A DNA stretch of 62,987 nt, counting the filler, from Octopus bimaculoides (lineage: Eukaryota): the NCBI RefSeq assembly GCF_001194135.2. It is 7 parts of 6 records of this genome, joined end to end, with 100 filler letters (N's around TTAATTAATTAA, not from the genome) between each part and the next. Parts side by side here need not be neighbours in the genome. Positions count along the whole stretch, not along the records: positions 51,589 to 57,721 come from NC_068996.1; positions 57,822 to 60,549 come from NC_068983.1; positions 60,650 to 62,987 come from NC_068985.1; 4 more parts are not named here. One strand, 5' to 3'. Made by a program: the position numbers and the translations under genes. A model generated the notes under the pieces. The model did not search any database. It saw only the letters and a list, made by a program, of their open reading frames with translations, and had not been told where the DNA came from. Shown in pieces: positions 51,489 to 62,987 of the stretch; the first letter of the stretch is position 1; the number at the start of each line of letters is the position of its first letter.

Positions 51489-51588
51489 NNNNNNNNNNNN
51501 NNNNNNNNNNNNNNNNNNNNNNNNNNNNNNNNTTAATTAATTAANNNNNNNNNNNNNNNNNNNNNNNNNNNNNNNNNNNNNNNNNNNN

Positions 51589-51642
<54 letters not shown>

Positions 51643-51644
51643 CA

Positions 51645-52272
51645 TTATTACTGTTGAGTGAGAGAGAGCAGTGCATGCCATCAAAGTGACACTGGGGTAA
51701 AATATACGAAGCCTATTATACCCATCATGACTACCCGTCTGATAAGGGTACACTAGGCACATGCATCACAACCATATGTGCGTGACATAGTAATCTCGTA
51801 TCAGGATAAACAGTGCATGACCTTACAGGTGGGGCCCAGTTAAAATTTTCTTCAGCTCGAAAAACCCATCCCGCTCAAAAGGTTCTTGAATAAAGGTTGT
51901 TTGAGGATCTCGAACGAAACACACATGTTTTCAGAGGTGAATTATCCAAACCCCAAAGAATTTGCTAATTTCTATTTCAAGATCTTTATATTTGCTCAGT
52001 TTTTGGTAGGTCTTGACAGATACTTTTATATCGATTGGGACAGTCATATCAATGAGGAGGCATTTCTGCTCATGATCAGAAATGCACATATCGTCAGCCA
52101 CAAAGGGACATGCTCAACTGGTTAAGGTCAAACAACTGACAAGCAAATCTGTGGTACTGAGAAGAATATTTGCTGTAGCCCATCTTTTATACCAAGGCAA
52201 AACAATATACATGATAGCACCTCCAATCAGTTAAGAAGCCATCAGAACTACTGTCTGGTACTGCATCATGGC
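51645..52272 (-). mobile_element. Short R4/Dong-derived element flanked by (TAA)n on both sides
   Basis: Minus strand 51962-52065 encodes KCLLIDMTVPIDIKVSVKTYQKLSKYKDLEIEISK, a restriction-like endonuclease motif. Confidence 0.75.
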
Positions 52273-52274
52273 AT

Positions 52275-52344
<70 letters not shown>

Positions 52345-52345
<1 letters not shown>

Positions 52346-55300
52346 CACACAATAAATTAAACTGTTGGAAAAGAAAAAATGCCTTACATGAGACTACAAC
52401 AAGTAACCTTAGATGCCAAAAACCTTCCTAAGTATCGTAGCTGACCCTAATAACACTGTTTACTTGAACTGTACTAAACTGGGTTTTATGCCTATTTCGT
52501 CTGTCCATCTGTTCAAATCTTTAGGAATAGTCCCTAATGCACCTATAACTACTGGGATACATTTTACCTGCACTTTCCATAGTCTCTGTAATTCAATGGT
52601 TAGGTCCTCGCATTTTTCTGTTTTTTAAATACTTCTCATATTGATTTTTTCATCATTTTGGAGTGTAAAGTCAATAATCTGGCATTTTCTATTCTCTTTA
52701 TCTACTACTACCAAATCAGGCCTTCTAGCTTCTACTTCTCTGTCAAGTCCCACATCTTATATTTCTTACTTTCTAGTATTTTATTAGGTTCATGTTCATA
52801 CCATTTATCAATATGTTCAAATCCTAGCTTTCTACATTATTATTATTGGATGATTTCGTTTGTTTGTTTTTTCTTTTTCTTTTCTTCTGTTTTCGCTGCC
52901 TCTTCTTGTGACTCTAGCAGCTTTTAATAAACTTTCTTCACTTTATATATATAGGAGTCTATATCTACTCTAGCTAACTACACGCAGTCTTCTACTAATA
53001 TCAACCCTCTTCCACCTTCCTTTCTTGGTAAGTATAATCTTGCTACTCCTGCTCTTGGGTGGAGTTCTCCATTCATATTGAATTTCTTCCTAGTTATTCT
53101 GTCTAGATTTGCTAATTCAGTTTTTGTTCAATTTACAAAAGCTGTTGTGTATCTACGTAATGATATTGCCCAAGTATTTACAGCCTTCACTAAATTCGGA
53201 CCATTTAGCTCTGACTTCATTAGCCTCCTCATGCTTCTGATGTAATCCTCAATTTTCGTTTTCATTTTTGTAGTTAGTACTCTGTCAGATTCTAAAACTC
53301 CTAGTTACTTATAACTCTCTCCTCCTTTCAGTGATTTTAATGTCTGGCCATCTGGTAATTGAATGCCTTCAGTGCTGACTACTTGTCCTCTTCTTGTGAC
53401 TAATATTTCACACTTACCTGTGCCAGATTCCATGTCTATATCTTACAGTCTGTATTAAGTAATCTCTTTTTCATTCTTACTAAAAAGCTTCGGATCATCC
53501 ATGTAGAGCTAATGGTTAATTTTTCCCTTACTATTTTTAAACTGATATCTTGCTTTTGCCTTCCTTAATACTAAACTAAGCAGTATCAAACATAACACAG
53601 ATATTAAAGGGGATAACGAGTCTTCTTGGGAAATTCCTCTTTTGATATTAACTTACCCTTAGTGTCTGTCACTTGAGTAGAGACCTACTTTCCATTTCTT
53701 CATGCTACAGCTAATTAATTCTCTTATGTTGTCTACTATACTGAATATGTGGAGGCGCAATGGACCAGTGGTTAGGGCAGCGGACTCGTAGTCATAGGAT
53801 CGCGGTTTCGATTCCCAGACCGGGCGTTGAAAGTGTTTATTAAGCGAAAACACCTAAAGCTCCACGAGGCTCCGGCAGGGGATGGTGGCGAACCCTGCTG
53901 TACTCTTCCACCACAACTTTCTCTCGCTCTTACTTCCTGTTTCTGTTGTGCCTGTAATTCAAAGGGTCAGCCTTGTCACGCTGTGTCACGCTGAATATCC
54001 CCGAGAACTACGTTAAGGGTACACGTGTCTGTGGAGTGCTCAGCCACTTGCACGTTAATTTCACGAGCAGGCTGTTCCGTTGATCGGATCAACTGGAACC
54101 CTCGACGTCGTAAGCGACGGAGTGCCAACAACAATACTGAATGTCCTCAAACATTCACTTCATCAGTGTGGGATCACGTCATAGGCTTTCCTATAATCTA
54201 TCCATGCTATTGTTAGATTTTTCTTTCAAGTTTTTACTTCATTTAGAACTGCTTTATCTATGTATAATCATGCTTTCGTCTAGCCATCTTCCTGAAACCA
54301 TTCTGTTCTTCTGGCAGTAAATTCTGCTTGTCAAGGTTTTTGTAAATGCTTTTCAAAGCATTCCTGTTAACAGCTTCCACACTAATGGTAAGCAAGTGAT
54401 TGCTCTATAATTGGTAGCTGTATTATCCTTGCTTTTATCTTTCATAAGGAGTATTTTTTTCTCCCTCTACTCATCCAATGTGATATTATTCCTCCATTAA
54501 GACAATCCTAAAGTTCTTCCCTCAGCCTCCTATGTAAACTACTAAATTTCTTTAACCATTACCTTTGAACTAAATTTGGTCGTAGGTCTTTCTAATTCGG
54601 CAATGTTCCTAACTCTTTACTCATTAATGCACTAGTTAGTTTTAGTTCTGGCTGCTTCTCACTCACTACTTCTTCCCCTCACTTGCTTTAACCATACTAC
54701 ATCTCCACTATGATTGACTGGTTTATCTCAAATATTACTCCAGAACTTTCTAGCTTCTTCTGCACAAGGTTTCTCAGATCGNNNNNNNNNNNNNNNNNNN
54801 NNNNNNNNNNNNNNNNNNNNNNNNNNNNNNNNNNNNNNNNNNNNNNNNNNNNNNNNNNNNNNNNNNNNNNNNNNNNNNNNNNNNNNNNNNNNNNNNNNNN
54901 NNNNNNNNNNNNNNNNNNNNNNNNNNNNNNNNNNNNNNNNNNNNNNNNNNNNNNNNNGCTATCTGAAAAGCTTACTTGCTATTGCTATGATATGCTATTT
55001 CAACTCTTCTATTACTGTCCCAAATCCTTCCTCTTTGACTATCTTTTCTCAAGAGAAGATTTAAATTTTGTGTTACCCAACTTGTTCAGTTTCCTTGCTT
55101 CTATTCCACTCAGATCTTGTCTTAAAGTCTTCACTTTATTTTGTAATTTCCTTTTCCACATTTGCTCTTTTCTAATCTTTCCTTGTGGAATATCTAATCT
55201 TCTAGTAACTACTATTTCTTCTGCATAGATCAATAAGTTAGTGTCTCCTATATTTTTAGTATCTATCCTACTGATAACAGAATCTCCTTTCCTAGTCATA

Positions 55301-55750
55301 TCTAGCAGATTTCTTCTGTTGGTCCCTTTTAATGCTGGCAATCTTTTTCTTACTTCTTTACTCATTACTTCCTGCAACTCATCTAAAATTTTCTGATCTT
55401 CCTCACCTAAACCATTTGAGTCGGTGGCGCCAGTTGTCCCTTCCTTAATGGTAGTGCTATTATTTTTTTTCTTCTTATAGGTTCCTCTTTGGTTTAGTCG
55501 TATTTCTTATGTTGTTGTTTGTCTTTCCTACTACCTGGTCTTTCTTTTCCAGTTCTCTTGCGATCTCTTCTCCCTCCAATTCTGTCATCCACTTTCTTCT
55601 CCTAATAGCATTAGCTTGACCAACTAATCTCTGCTCAGTCCATATAAACATACCCTTCTCTACCCAAAGTGTTAACATCCGTTTTCTATTGCCCCTTCTT
55701 TTAGGTTCGCTTTCTAAGTAGCTCTGCATCACTATCATGTTTTCTTCGCT
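52345..55750 (-). mobile_element. Near-full-length but degraded Dong/R4 non-LTR retrotransposon ending at a (TAA)n array
   Basis: N-terminal YLESEPKRRGNRKRMLTLW...EQRL..QAN.IRRRKWM.ELE, RT motifs (YMDDPKLF-like) and C-terminal IPVVIGALGTIP...LLGSATILRKV. Confidence 0.88.
53747..54133 (+). mobile_element. 390-bp tRNA-derived SINE nested in the Dong/R4 RT region
   Basis: TSD ATACTGAAT (53738-53746, 54134-54142); same family as 18349 and 28588. Confidence 0.92.
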
Positions 55751-56514
55751 GGTTCACTTACTCCTCCTTGCTTTATTATCTGTTGATGCTGTATTTAGAT
55801 GATAGCTGTGGTCAGTTTACATTTCGTTGGTCTCTACGTTCTGAGTCGACTTTGCCTTTCATCCTTTTGGGGTCGATAAATTAAGTACTAGTGAAACACT
55901 GGGGACGATGTACTGGACTAGTCACTTATCCAAAATTACAGCCTTGTGCTTTGGTAATAAAGGATTATTATTATTATTATCATTGCTGCTGCTGTTGTTG
56001 TTGCTGTAGTTGCTGTTGCTGTTGTTGTTGTTGTTGTCCTTGTTGTTATTGTCGTTGTTGTTGTTGTCGTTGTTGTTGTTGTCGTCGTTGTTGTTGTCGT
56101 TAAAGGCGACGAACTGGCAGAACAGTTAGCACGCTGGGTAAAATGCTTAGCGGCATTTCGCCCGTCGACTTCACATTTCATTCCTTCGAGGTCGGTAATA
56201 TAAGTAATAGTGATCACTGGGGTCGATGTAATCGATTTATCCACTTCCCCTAAATTTTAGGCCTTGTGCTTATAATAGGAAGCACTATTATTACCCATAC
56301 GTATTGAGTTTTTAGCTCAAACCTTTACACAAACTTGTTTCCACTGTTACACTGAAATAACGTTTTTGCAATTTTATATATCTATATGCACACAAACACA
56401 CACACATACACACACACGCACACGCACATATACACATGTATTATACAAACGTATGCGTGTGTGCTTATGTGTGTATGTCGGTGTGCGTATGTTTATATAT
56501 GTATACCGAGATAG

Positions 56515-56519
56515 CTAGC

Positions 56520-56577
<58 letters not shown>

Positions 56578-56600
56578 GACGGACAGACAGACAGACAGAC

Positions 56601-56662
<62 letters not shown>

Positions 56663-56788
56663 AGACAGACAGACAAATGCATACATACATACATACATAC
56701 ATACATACATGAATAGATAGATAGAGACAGAGAGACAGATACAGACACATAGATAGATGGACAGACAGACAGACAGACTGATTGATTA

Positions 56789-56827
<39 letters not shown>

Positions 56828-56850
56828 AATTGATTGATTGATTGATTTGA
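56515..56850. repeat. Compound tetranucleotide microsatellite: (GACA)n, (GATA)n, (CATA)n, (GATT)n
   Basis: Seen directly. Similar (GATA)n runs at 57562-57635 and 62944-62987; (GTT)n at about 55990-56100. Confidence 0.97.
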
Positions 56851-57561
56851 TACGAGGTACAATCCATAAGTTATGAGACTTTTTTTCAGAAGAGGTATTT
56901 ATTGTGGGGGTCGAGGGTCGATGTAATCAACTCACCGCCAAAATGTAATCAAATGTAATCAACTCACCGCCAAAATTCGAAAGCAATATTTTGGTACTTC
57001 TAATGTACCCTTCATGTTTCCTTTAGATGGTTAAGATATGGTTTGCGAGAAATTTAGCTGTCATGGGAACCACGTACAACCATTAAACAAAAGTTGTTTA
57101 TTGATTACAACGGTACTAATTATGCAAATTAAGTAGCAGTTCTGCAAGATTTGTGGCCGTTGTTGTTCTTGTTATTGTTGTGCTGTTGTTCTTCATAATC
57201 AAGAGTTTTCCACCTAGAAACAGCGTTCCTATCGCTAGAAATTATAAACTGTCAATAAATTGGTTGACTCATCTAATTTGCATTACAGTATCTTAAATTG
57301 ACATTTAAAACTTTTTTGTCTAAATGCTAAATTTTTACCGATTCTTTTTGATCAGCTTGCGCACCATACTGAGAGTGACAAGGGCCGATACTTTAAAAGA
57401 CTACATTGCAATCCATAACTAGCGAGCGTCTTTCGTTTATCTCCATGTTCCTGCGTGCGTTCACGATGCTATTGTAGATGAGATGCTTTCAAGAGTGTAC
57501 GGGTGTTCTTGTTCTAGCGTTGAATATAATTAAAAACACGCATACACACACACACACACAT

Positions 57562-57634
<73 letters not shown>

Positions 57635-57821
57635 CAGACAGAGAGACAGACAGATATACATATACACACATCATTATGTGCATATACATATTTAAGTCTA
57701 TATTTGTGTATGTGTGTGTATNNNNNNNNNNNNNNNNNNNNNNNNNNNNNNNNNNNNNNNNNNNNTTAATTAATTAANNNNNNNNNNNNNNNNNNNNNNN
57801 NNNNNNNNNNNNNNNNNNNNN

Positions 57822-57857
<36 letters not shown>

Positions 57858-58821
57858 TCAATCTTTGCCTCTCAGGAAAACTCTTCATTCTGTTCCAGGA
57901 TATACATGTATTGAACCAAAGACGAGAACTTTTAAATTTCTGCAGGTACGCTACAACATTTAAAATGTCAATTAAAAAAATACCATGTTGATAAAAAATT
58001 TTGACTTTCGAAAAATTTCAAATTTCGCATTTCAATTTGGCTGTTACACCTAAAATATAGACATTCTTTAGTATTACAATCCTCGTACATATTTCACCTT
58101 CATATTTTACATCCAACTTTTAAGAAAGCCTTCAAATGTTTTGAAAATTTAAATTTAAATTTTGCCGAGGTTTTATATATATATATATTTAAACTTATAT
58201 ATTTATATCACATTTAATTATATTATGTTAATTTATCATACAATTTTCTTATTTTAATGTTCTATACATCAGACACTTTTAAAAAAATATATTTGTATGC
58301 GTATATACGTTATGGTGTATATATGTATATATGTATCTTGATTTGAATATATGAATGTAGATATATATCTACGTATATGTTTATTTCTATATGTATATGC
58401 TTGTGTACATGTGTGTTCCTATTGCATGTATGAATGTATTTATGTAGATATGCATGTCTTTTTATGTGTGCGCTTGCAAATTTACTGCAGTATCTAACAT
58501 CTGTTAGATACTTTTTGAGAACGCCAACATCCAAATCATTTCTCTCTCTCTCTCTCTCCATTTTTCTCTTTCTAATTTTCTCTTTCTCTTTCTTTTTTTC
58601 TTTTTTCCGCCACCTATTTCCTTTTTCTTTCTCCTACCACTTATTATCTGATATTCTTTTCGTTTTCTTTCTCTAGCTTAGTAATATACATGGAGAAGTA
58701 TTATGTGTGTATATATTTGTACGTGGATTCCTATATATGCATTAGTGTATATATATATATATGTTCTGCCTGTATTTGTTTGTATATGTATGTAGGCATA
58801 TACCAACGTTTGTATGTTTTG

Positions 58822-58852
<31 letters not shown>

Positions 58853-58889
58853 TTCAGCTTAGAGCTGCGACCATGCTGATGCACCGCCG

Positions 58890-59760
58890 TGTTGCGACAC
58901 TGTTATTACAGGGAGCCTCTTACAATTTGTGGCACTTGGTGAAGAATGGAGTTTGATTTAGCAACCCTCATTTGCACCTCCTGTCGCGAGGTAGGTTCAT
59001 CTGGGACTCTCGACAGGAAGAGGTCCAGCTTTGATTAAAAAACCCCTACATCTACTTTGTGCAGGTTCCTCAGGCTCTTTGGGAGAATATTAAAAAGCTG
59101 TGGGNNNNNNNNNNNNNNNNNNNNNNNNNNNNNNNNNNNNNNNNNNNNNNNNNNNNNNNNNNNNNNNNNNNNNNNNNNNNNNNNNNNNNNNNNNNNNNNN
59201 NNNNNNNNNNNNNNNNNNNNNNNNNNNNNNNNNNNNNNNNNNNNNNNNNNNNNNNNNNNNNNNNNNNNNNNNNNNNNNNNNNNNNNNNNNNNNNNNNNNN
59301 NNNNNNNNNNNNNNNNNNNNNNNNNNNNNNNNNNNNNNNNNNNNNNNNNNNNNNNNNNNNNNNNNNNNNNNNNNNNNNNNNNNNNNNNNNNNNNNNGCTT
59401 CAAGGTCTGCTGTTAATTTCACACTGCTGGGTGACCACAGCTGTGAGCAGTAATCCAGGCGGCTGAGGACGAATGTCCTCCAGAGGATCATCATGGTTTC
59501 CTTATTTCTGGTTCTGAATGTTCTCAGGATCCATCCAGCCAATCGTCTGCACTTTGTTGCCATCCTGGTAATGTGCACTTGGAAAGAGGCATCATCACTC
59601 ATGTCGATACCCAGGTCTCTCACTGATTTAGGCTCTGGGATTGAAATTCCCTGCGGACCAGTGTACTCTGTAAGTTTCATATTCAGTTTTGGGCGTTGGT
59701 AGCGCAGGGCTTGGAATTTTTCAGCATTAAACTGCATATTATTATCCTCAGCCCATCTAT
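58890..59760 (-). mobile_element. CR1/L2-group LINE, 3' part of ORF2
   Basis: MQFNAEKFQAL...VRDLGIDMS...FQVHI...ILRTF...LWRTFVLSRLDYCSQLWSP...PQLFNILP is the post-RT region of CR1-group LINEs. Confidence 0.92.
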
Positions 59761-60277
59761 ATATATAAAGGTTTTTTGGTATGTGTATGTATCACCAAAT
59801 GTATATGTATTTTCATGATGTTAGTTCTTTGTAAATGTTTTTATTTTAAACGGACATATCTTTTTAATTAATTTAAATTTATTTTACCATTAATTAATTT
59901 ACCCTGGGTGTACAGGTTTTTCCCTTCTACTAAAGCTAATTTTTGATTTAAGGTTTTCTTCGATTTCTATGTTAATATGATTTTAAACTGTAATTGTAAT
60001 TTCATATAACTGGTTATTGAAAAGTCCTTTAGTTGAAAGGACCAATGAAACTAAACCATTTTCAAATGTCTATATATCAAAGTGATTGTATATTTATACA
60101 TGTAACCTAATTTTTGTTTCATTTTCAACTAAAACTGTCGGACAAACAGGAATGTGAAACTCTGAGTAGCAGCTTTTGTGATGTCTTTGCAGCTTTATTA
60201 ATAAATCATATTACTCTACTTTCCGAAATTCGATTACTATTTTTCCACCTTGTTTCACATTCATGTGCTTAATCTGG

Positions 60278-60325
<48 letters not shown>

Positions 60326-60649
60326 TGTATGTATGTATGTATGTATGTATGTGTGTAAGTAGAGCATGGCTACGTAGTAAGAACCTTACTTCCCAACTTC
60401 ATGGTTTCGCGTTCTGTCACACCGTGTGGCACATTGGGCAAGGTTTTCGTTGGCGGCCCGACGCAAGCCTAGTGAGAGGATTTGGTTGACGGAAACTGAA
60501 ACTCATCGTGTACATCTATATGTATGTATATATATATATATATATATATNNNNNNNNNNNNNNNNNNNNNNNNNNNNNNNNNNNNNNNNNNNNTTAATTA
60601 ATTAANNNNNNNNNNNNNNNNNNNNNNNNNNNNNNNNNNNNNNNNNNNN

Positions 60650-60686
<37 letters not shown>

Positions 60687-61790
60687 ACTGAGAAGCTTCT
60701 TTTAGTTTCCGTGTACCAAATCTACTCACAAGACTTTGTTCGGTACGTATTCTATTGGTCTCTTTTGCCAAACCACTAAGTGACGAGGACGTACACAAGC
60801 CAACGCCGGCTGTCAAGCTGTGGTGACGGACAAACACAAACACAAACACACACACACACATACACACACACACATAACTGAGAGGCTTGTTTTAGTTTCT
60901 GTGTACCAATTCTACTCACAAAACTTTGCTCGGCACGAGACTATGGCGGAAGAGACTCATGAAAATGAACCCGGAACCATTTGGATGGGAAGCGAACTAC
61001 TTACCCAAAAGCCACTCCCGCTGTTAAAAATACAACAATAAATTAATATAAACATCAGTTCGTAATAACTAATTATATTTACTAATTGCTGAAGCGACTT
61101 CCTGCTTATTTACTGCTTACGTAAAGGTTGTAATTATCTGTCATTCACGTCTCTCGCACTTTTCTACTTTATTCGCTATTATATTATAGATGACGCTGTC
61201 ATCTCTAACTCTCCGATCCTTCCCTCCCCTCTCTCTTTCTCCTTTTTCCTCCCTCCTTTTCTTTCTTTATCTGTTCCCCCTCACTCTGATTCTCTCTATC
61301 TCTCTCTCTCTTTCTCCCTTTATGTGTGTGTATGTGTGTGTGAGAGAGTATCGTTTAAATGTACAGAAAGCAGAAGACAAAGAGAGGAGAGAGAACAACA
61401 AGCAGGTGTATTAGTTTGACGCTGGAGAAGAATTTTAAAATCTTTGACAATTCGAGCCTACGCTCTTCGACAGAATGTGATAAGAAGGAAACAAATGGAG
61501 AGAGAGAAAAAAAAAGAAAGGTGAGCGAAAACATATGTTGGAATTAACGGTTTAACATGATGAAATGACCGGAAGAAATAGGCCGAGTGAAGGTGAAATA
61601 ACAGTGACGCGGCTGAACTAAGGTGCGCAAGCAAGTGCGTGTATGTGAGAATGGTGTGTGTGTTTGTGTGTGAGAGCGAGCGCATGTGTGTGAATGGTCA
61701 GGGGTGGGTGCGTGTGTGTATATATGTATGGCGAGGATACACTCATCAGCAGGAACTACCCACCATCACTAACTGATATAGGCTTTCAGC

Positions 61791-62460
61791 GTGCCCTATA
61801 ACTCAACATCCACGAACTCAAACACCAAACTAAAGAAAGATTTGCAACCAAAAACCCTACCATACATATCCCAGCAAAACTCCCTAAACAATGAGGCGTT
61901 CGACACCATCCTCCGAAACATTCCTTTACTAAAAAGAGACTATAGAATGGATCAAATCTTCCAAACGCACACCATCATAAAGAGCAAAAGACAGCCCAAG
62001 TCAATGAAAAGTTTTCTAACACAGGCCCAAGTACACTCGTCAACAACATCGAAACCGACAGTAAAAATTACGGAAGACCTTGCTGTGGTATATGTGTTAA
62101 CCTAATTGAGGGATCGGAATTCTTTTTCAAACAGGGTGAACGTTTTACAGTGAAAAACAATTTCACGTGTGGTTCGGAAAACCTAATATATGTATTAACT
62201 TGCTCAGGGTGTCGAGAACAAGATGTTGGTCAAACTGAAAATAGTCTACGCCTGAGGATGACGGTGCATAGATCCCAGATTAAAATATGAGAATGCAGAA
62301 AAATAGGATTAAGCGAGCACATCGATATTTACGCCACAAACGAACAACTCAACATTAGAATTTTTCCCCTCTATAAATTCAGGGATAATGCAACCTATAA
62401 TCAGCGCATTAGCAAAGAAGGATATCCTATCGTAAAATATAAACCTATTTTGAAAGCTTC
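61791..62460 (+). mobile_element. Penelope-like element 3' portion (GIY-YIG), same family as 37590-39380
   Basis: IIKSKRQPKSMK..., then CGICVNLIEGSEFFFKQGERFTVKNNFTCGSENLIYVLTCSGC...VGQTENSLRLRM. Confidence 0.9.
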
Positions 62461-62762
62461 CACTACAGATGAAACTACTACAAGAATTTAGAACAATTCC
62501 AGCCTCTACTGCTACGACCACAACAGGTCACTTTTAGGTCATTAAAGAAGATTCCACGAACAATATACTGTGGCACAGCACTCGCGCATCCTTCTTTTCC
62601 TTTCTTTTCTTTTCTTTTCTTTCTCCTTCTTCCTATTCTTTCCCTACTCCTACTTCTCTTCCTTCTTCATCTTCTTCTCCTCCTCCTTCTTCTTCTCTTC
62701 CCCCATATATATATAGTATAGGACAATTAGTAAGTTGTCATAACAGAACTCAGAGTTTCAAA

Positions 62763-62849
62763 TGCCGGAGCTAAAAGCTTCGAGGCATTTTCATCGGCGA
62801 TTCGTCCAAATAGCTGATGAAAATTCCTCGAAGCTTTTAGCTCCAGCAT
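62763..62849. other. Approximately 36-bp near-perfect inverted repeat with a 14-nt loop, downstream of the Penelope ORF
   Basis: TGCCGGAGCTAAAAGCTTCGAGGCATTTTCATCGGC pairs with GCTGATGAAAATTCCTCGAAGCTTTTAGCTCCAGCA with 3 deviations. Confidence 0.85.
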
Positions 62850-62912
62850 ATAGCTAAACCCTTTATGGACGGGAAACCTAAGGTAATTCCATGCACCGGC
62901 CTTCCCCATTTA

Positions 62913-62987
<75 letters not shown>

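Noticed and set aside
55936-56103. Poly-Cys and poly-Thr ORFs resembling metallothionein or mucin
   Set aside because: Derived from a (GTT/GCT)n microsatellite between two SINE copies.
61725-61760. CTGATGAG on the minus strand at the 5' junction of the Penelope fragment
   Set aside because: No GAAA or helix III follows, so a hammerhead cannot be built.

Overview
Eukaryotic, AT-rich, repeat-dominated genomic DNA. The SINE/LINE repertoire and microsatellite load suggest a coleoid cephalopod, probably Octopus (inference, not verified). The window is a patchwork of at least 7 contig/scaffold pieces joined by six artificial 100-bp spacers (N44-TTAATTAATTAA-N44), so adjacency across those joins is unreliable. 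Only one host gene is supportable: six + strand exons between 5514 and 14962 that splice in frame by GT-AG rules. They encode a Mind bomb-2-like ankyrin-RING protein that appears to continue into a death domain through short linker exons, which look like degenerate duplicates of the death-domain first exon. Everything else is mobile-element debris or simple repeats: RTE, CR1-group and R4/Dong LINEs, Penelope-like elements (PLEs), Gypsy fragments, a Helitron, hAT, piggyBac-like and mariner elements, and three tRNA-type SINE families. The most notable observations are (i) several independent minimal type-I hammerhead-ribozyme motifs in PLE termini and small inverted-repeat elements, (ii) a small LTR element with three tandem tRNA-Trp primer-binding sites, one extended to about 32 nt, (iii) the recycled micro-exon array in the MIB2-like gene, (iv) a dense inverted-repeat cluster around the RING exon, and (v) foldback elements carrying TTAGGG repeats. 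No prokaryotic features or CRISPR arrays were found. All family assignments come from motif recognition by eye; no database searches were run.
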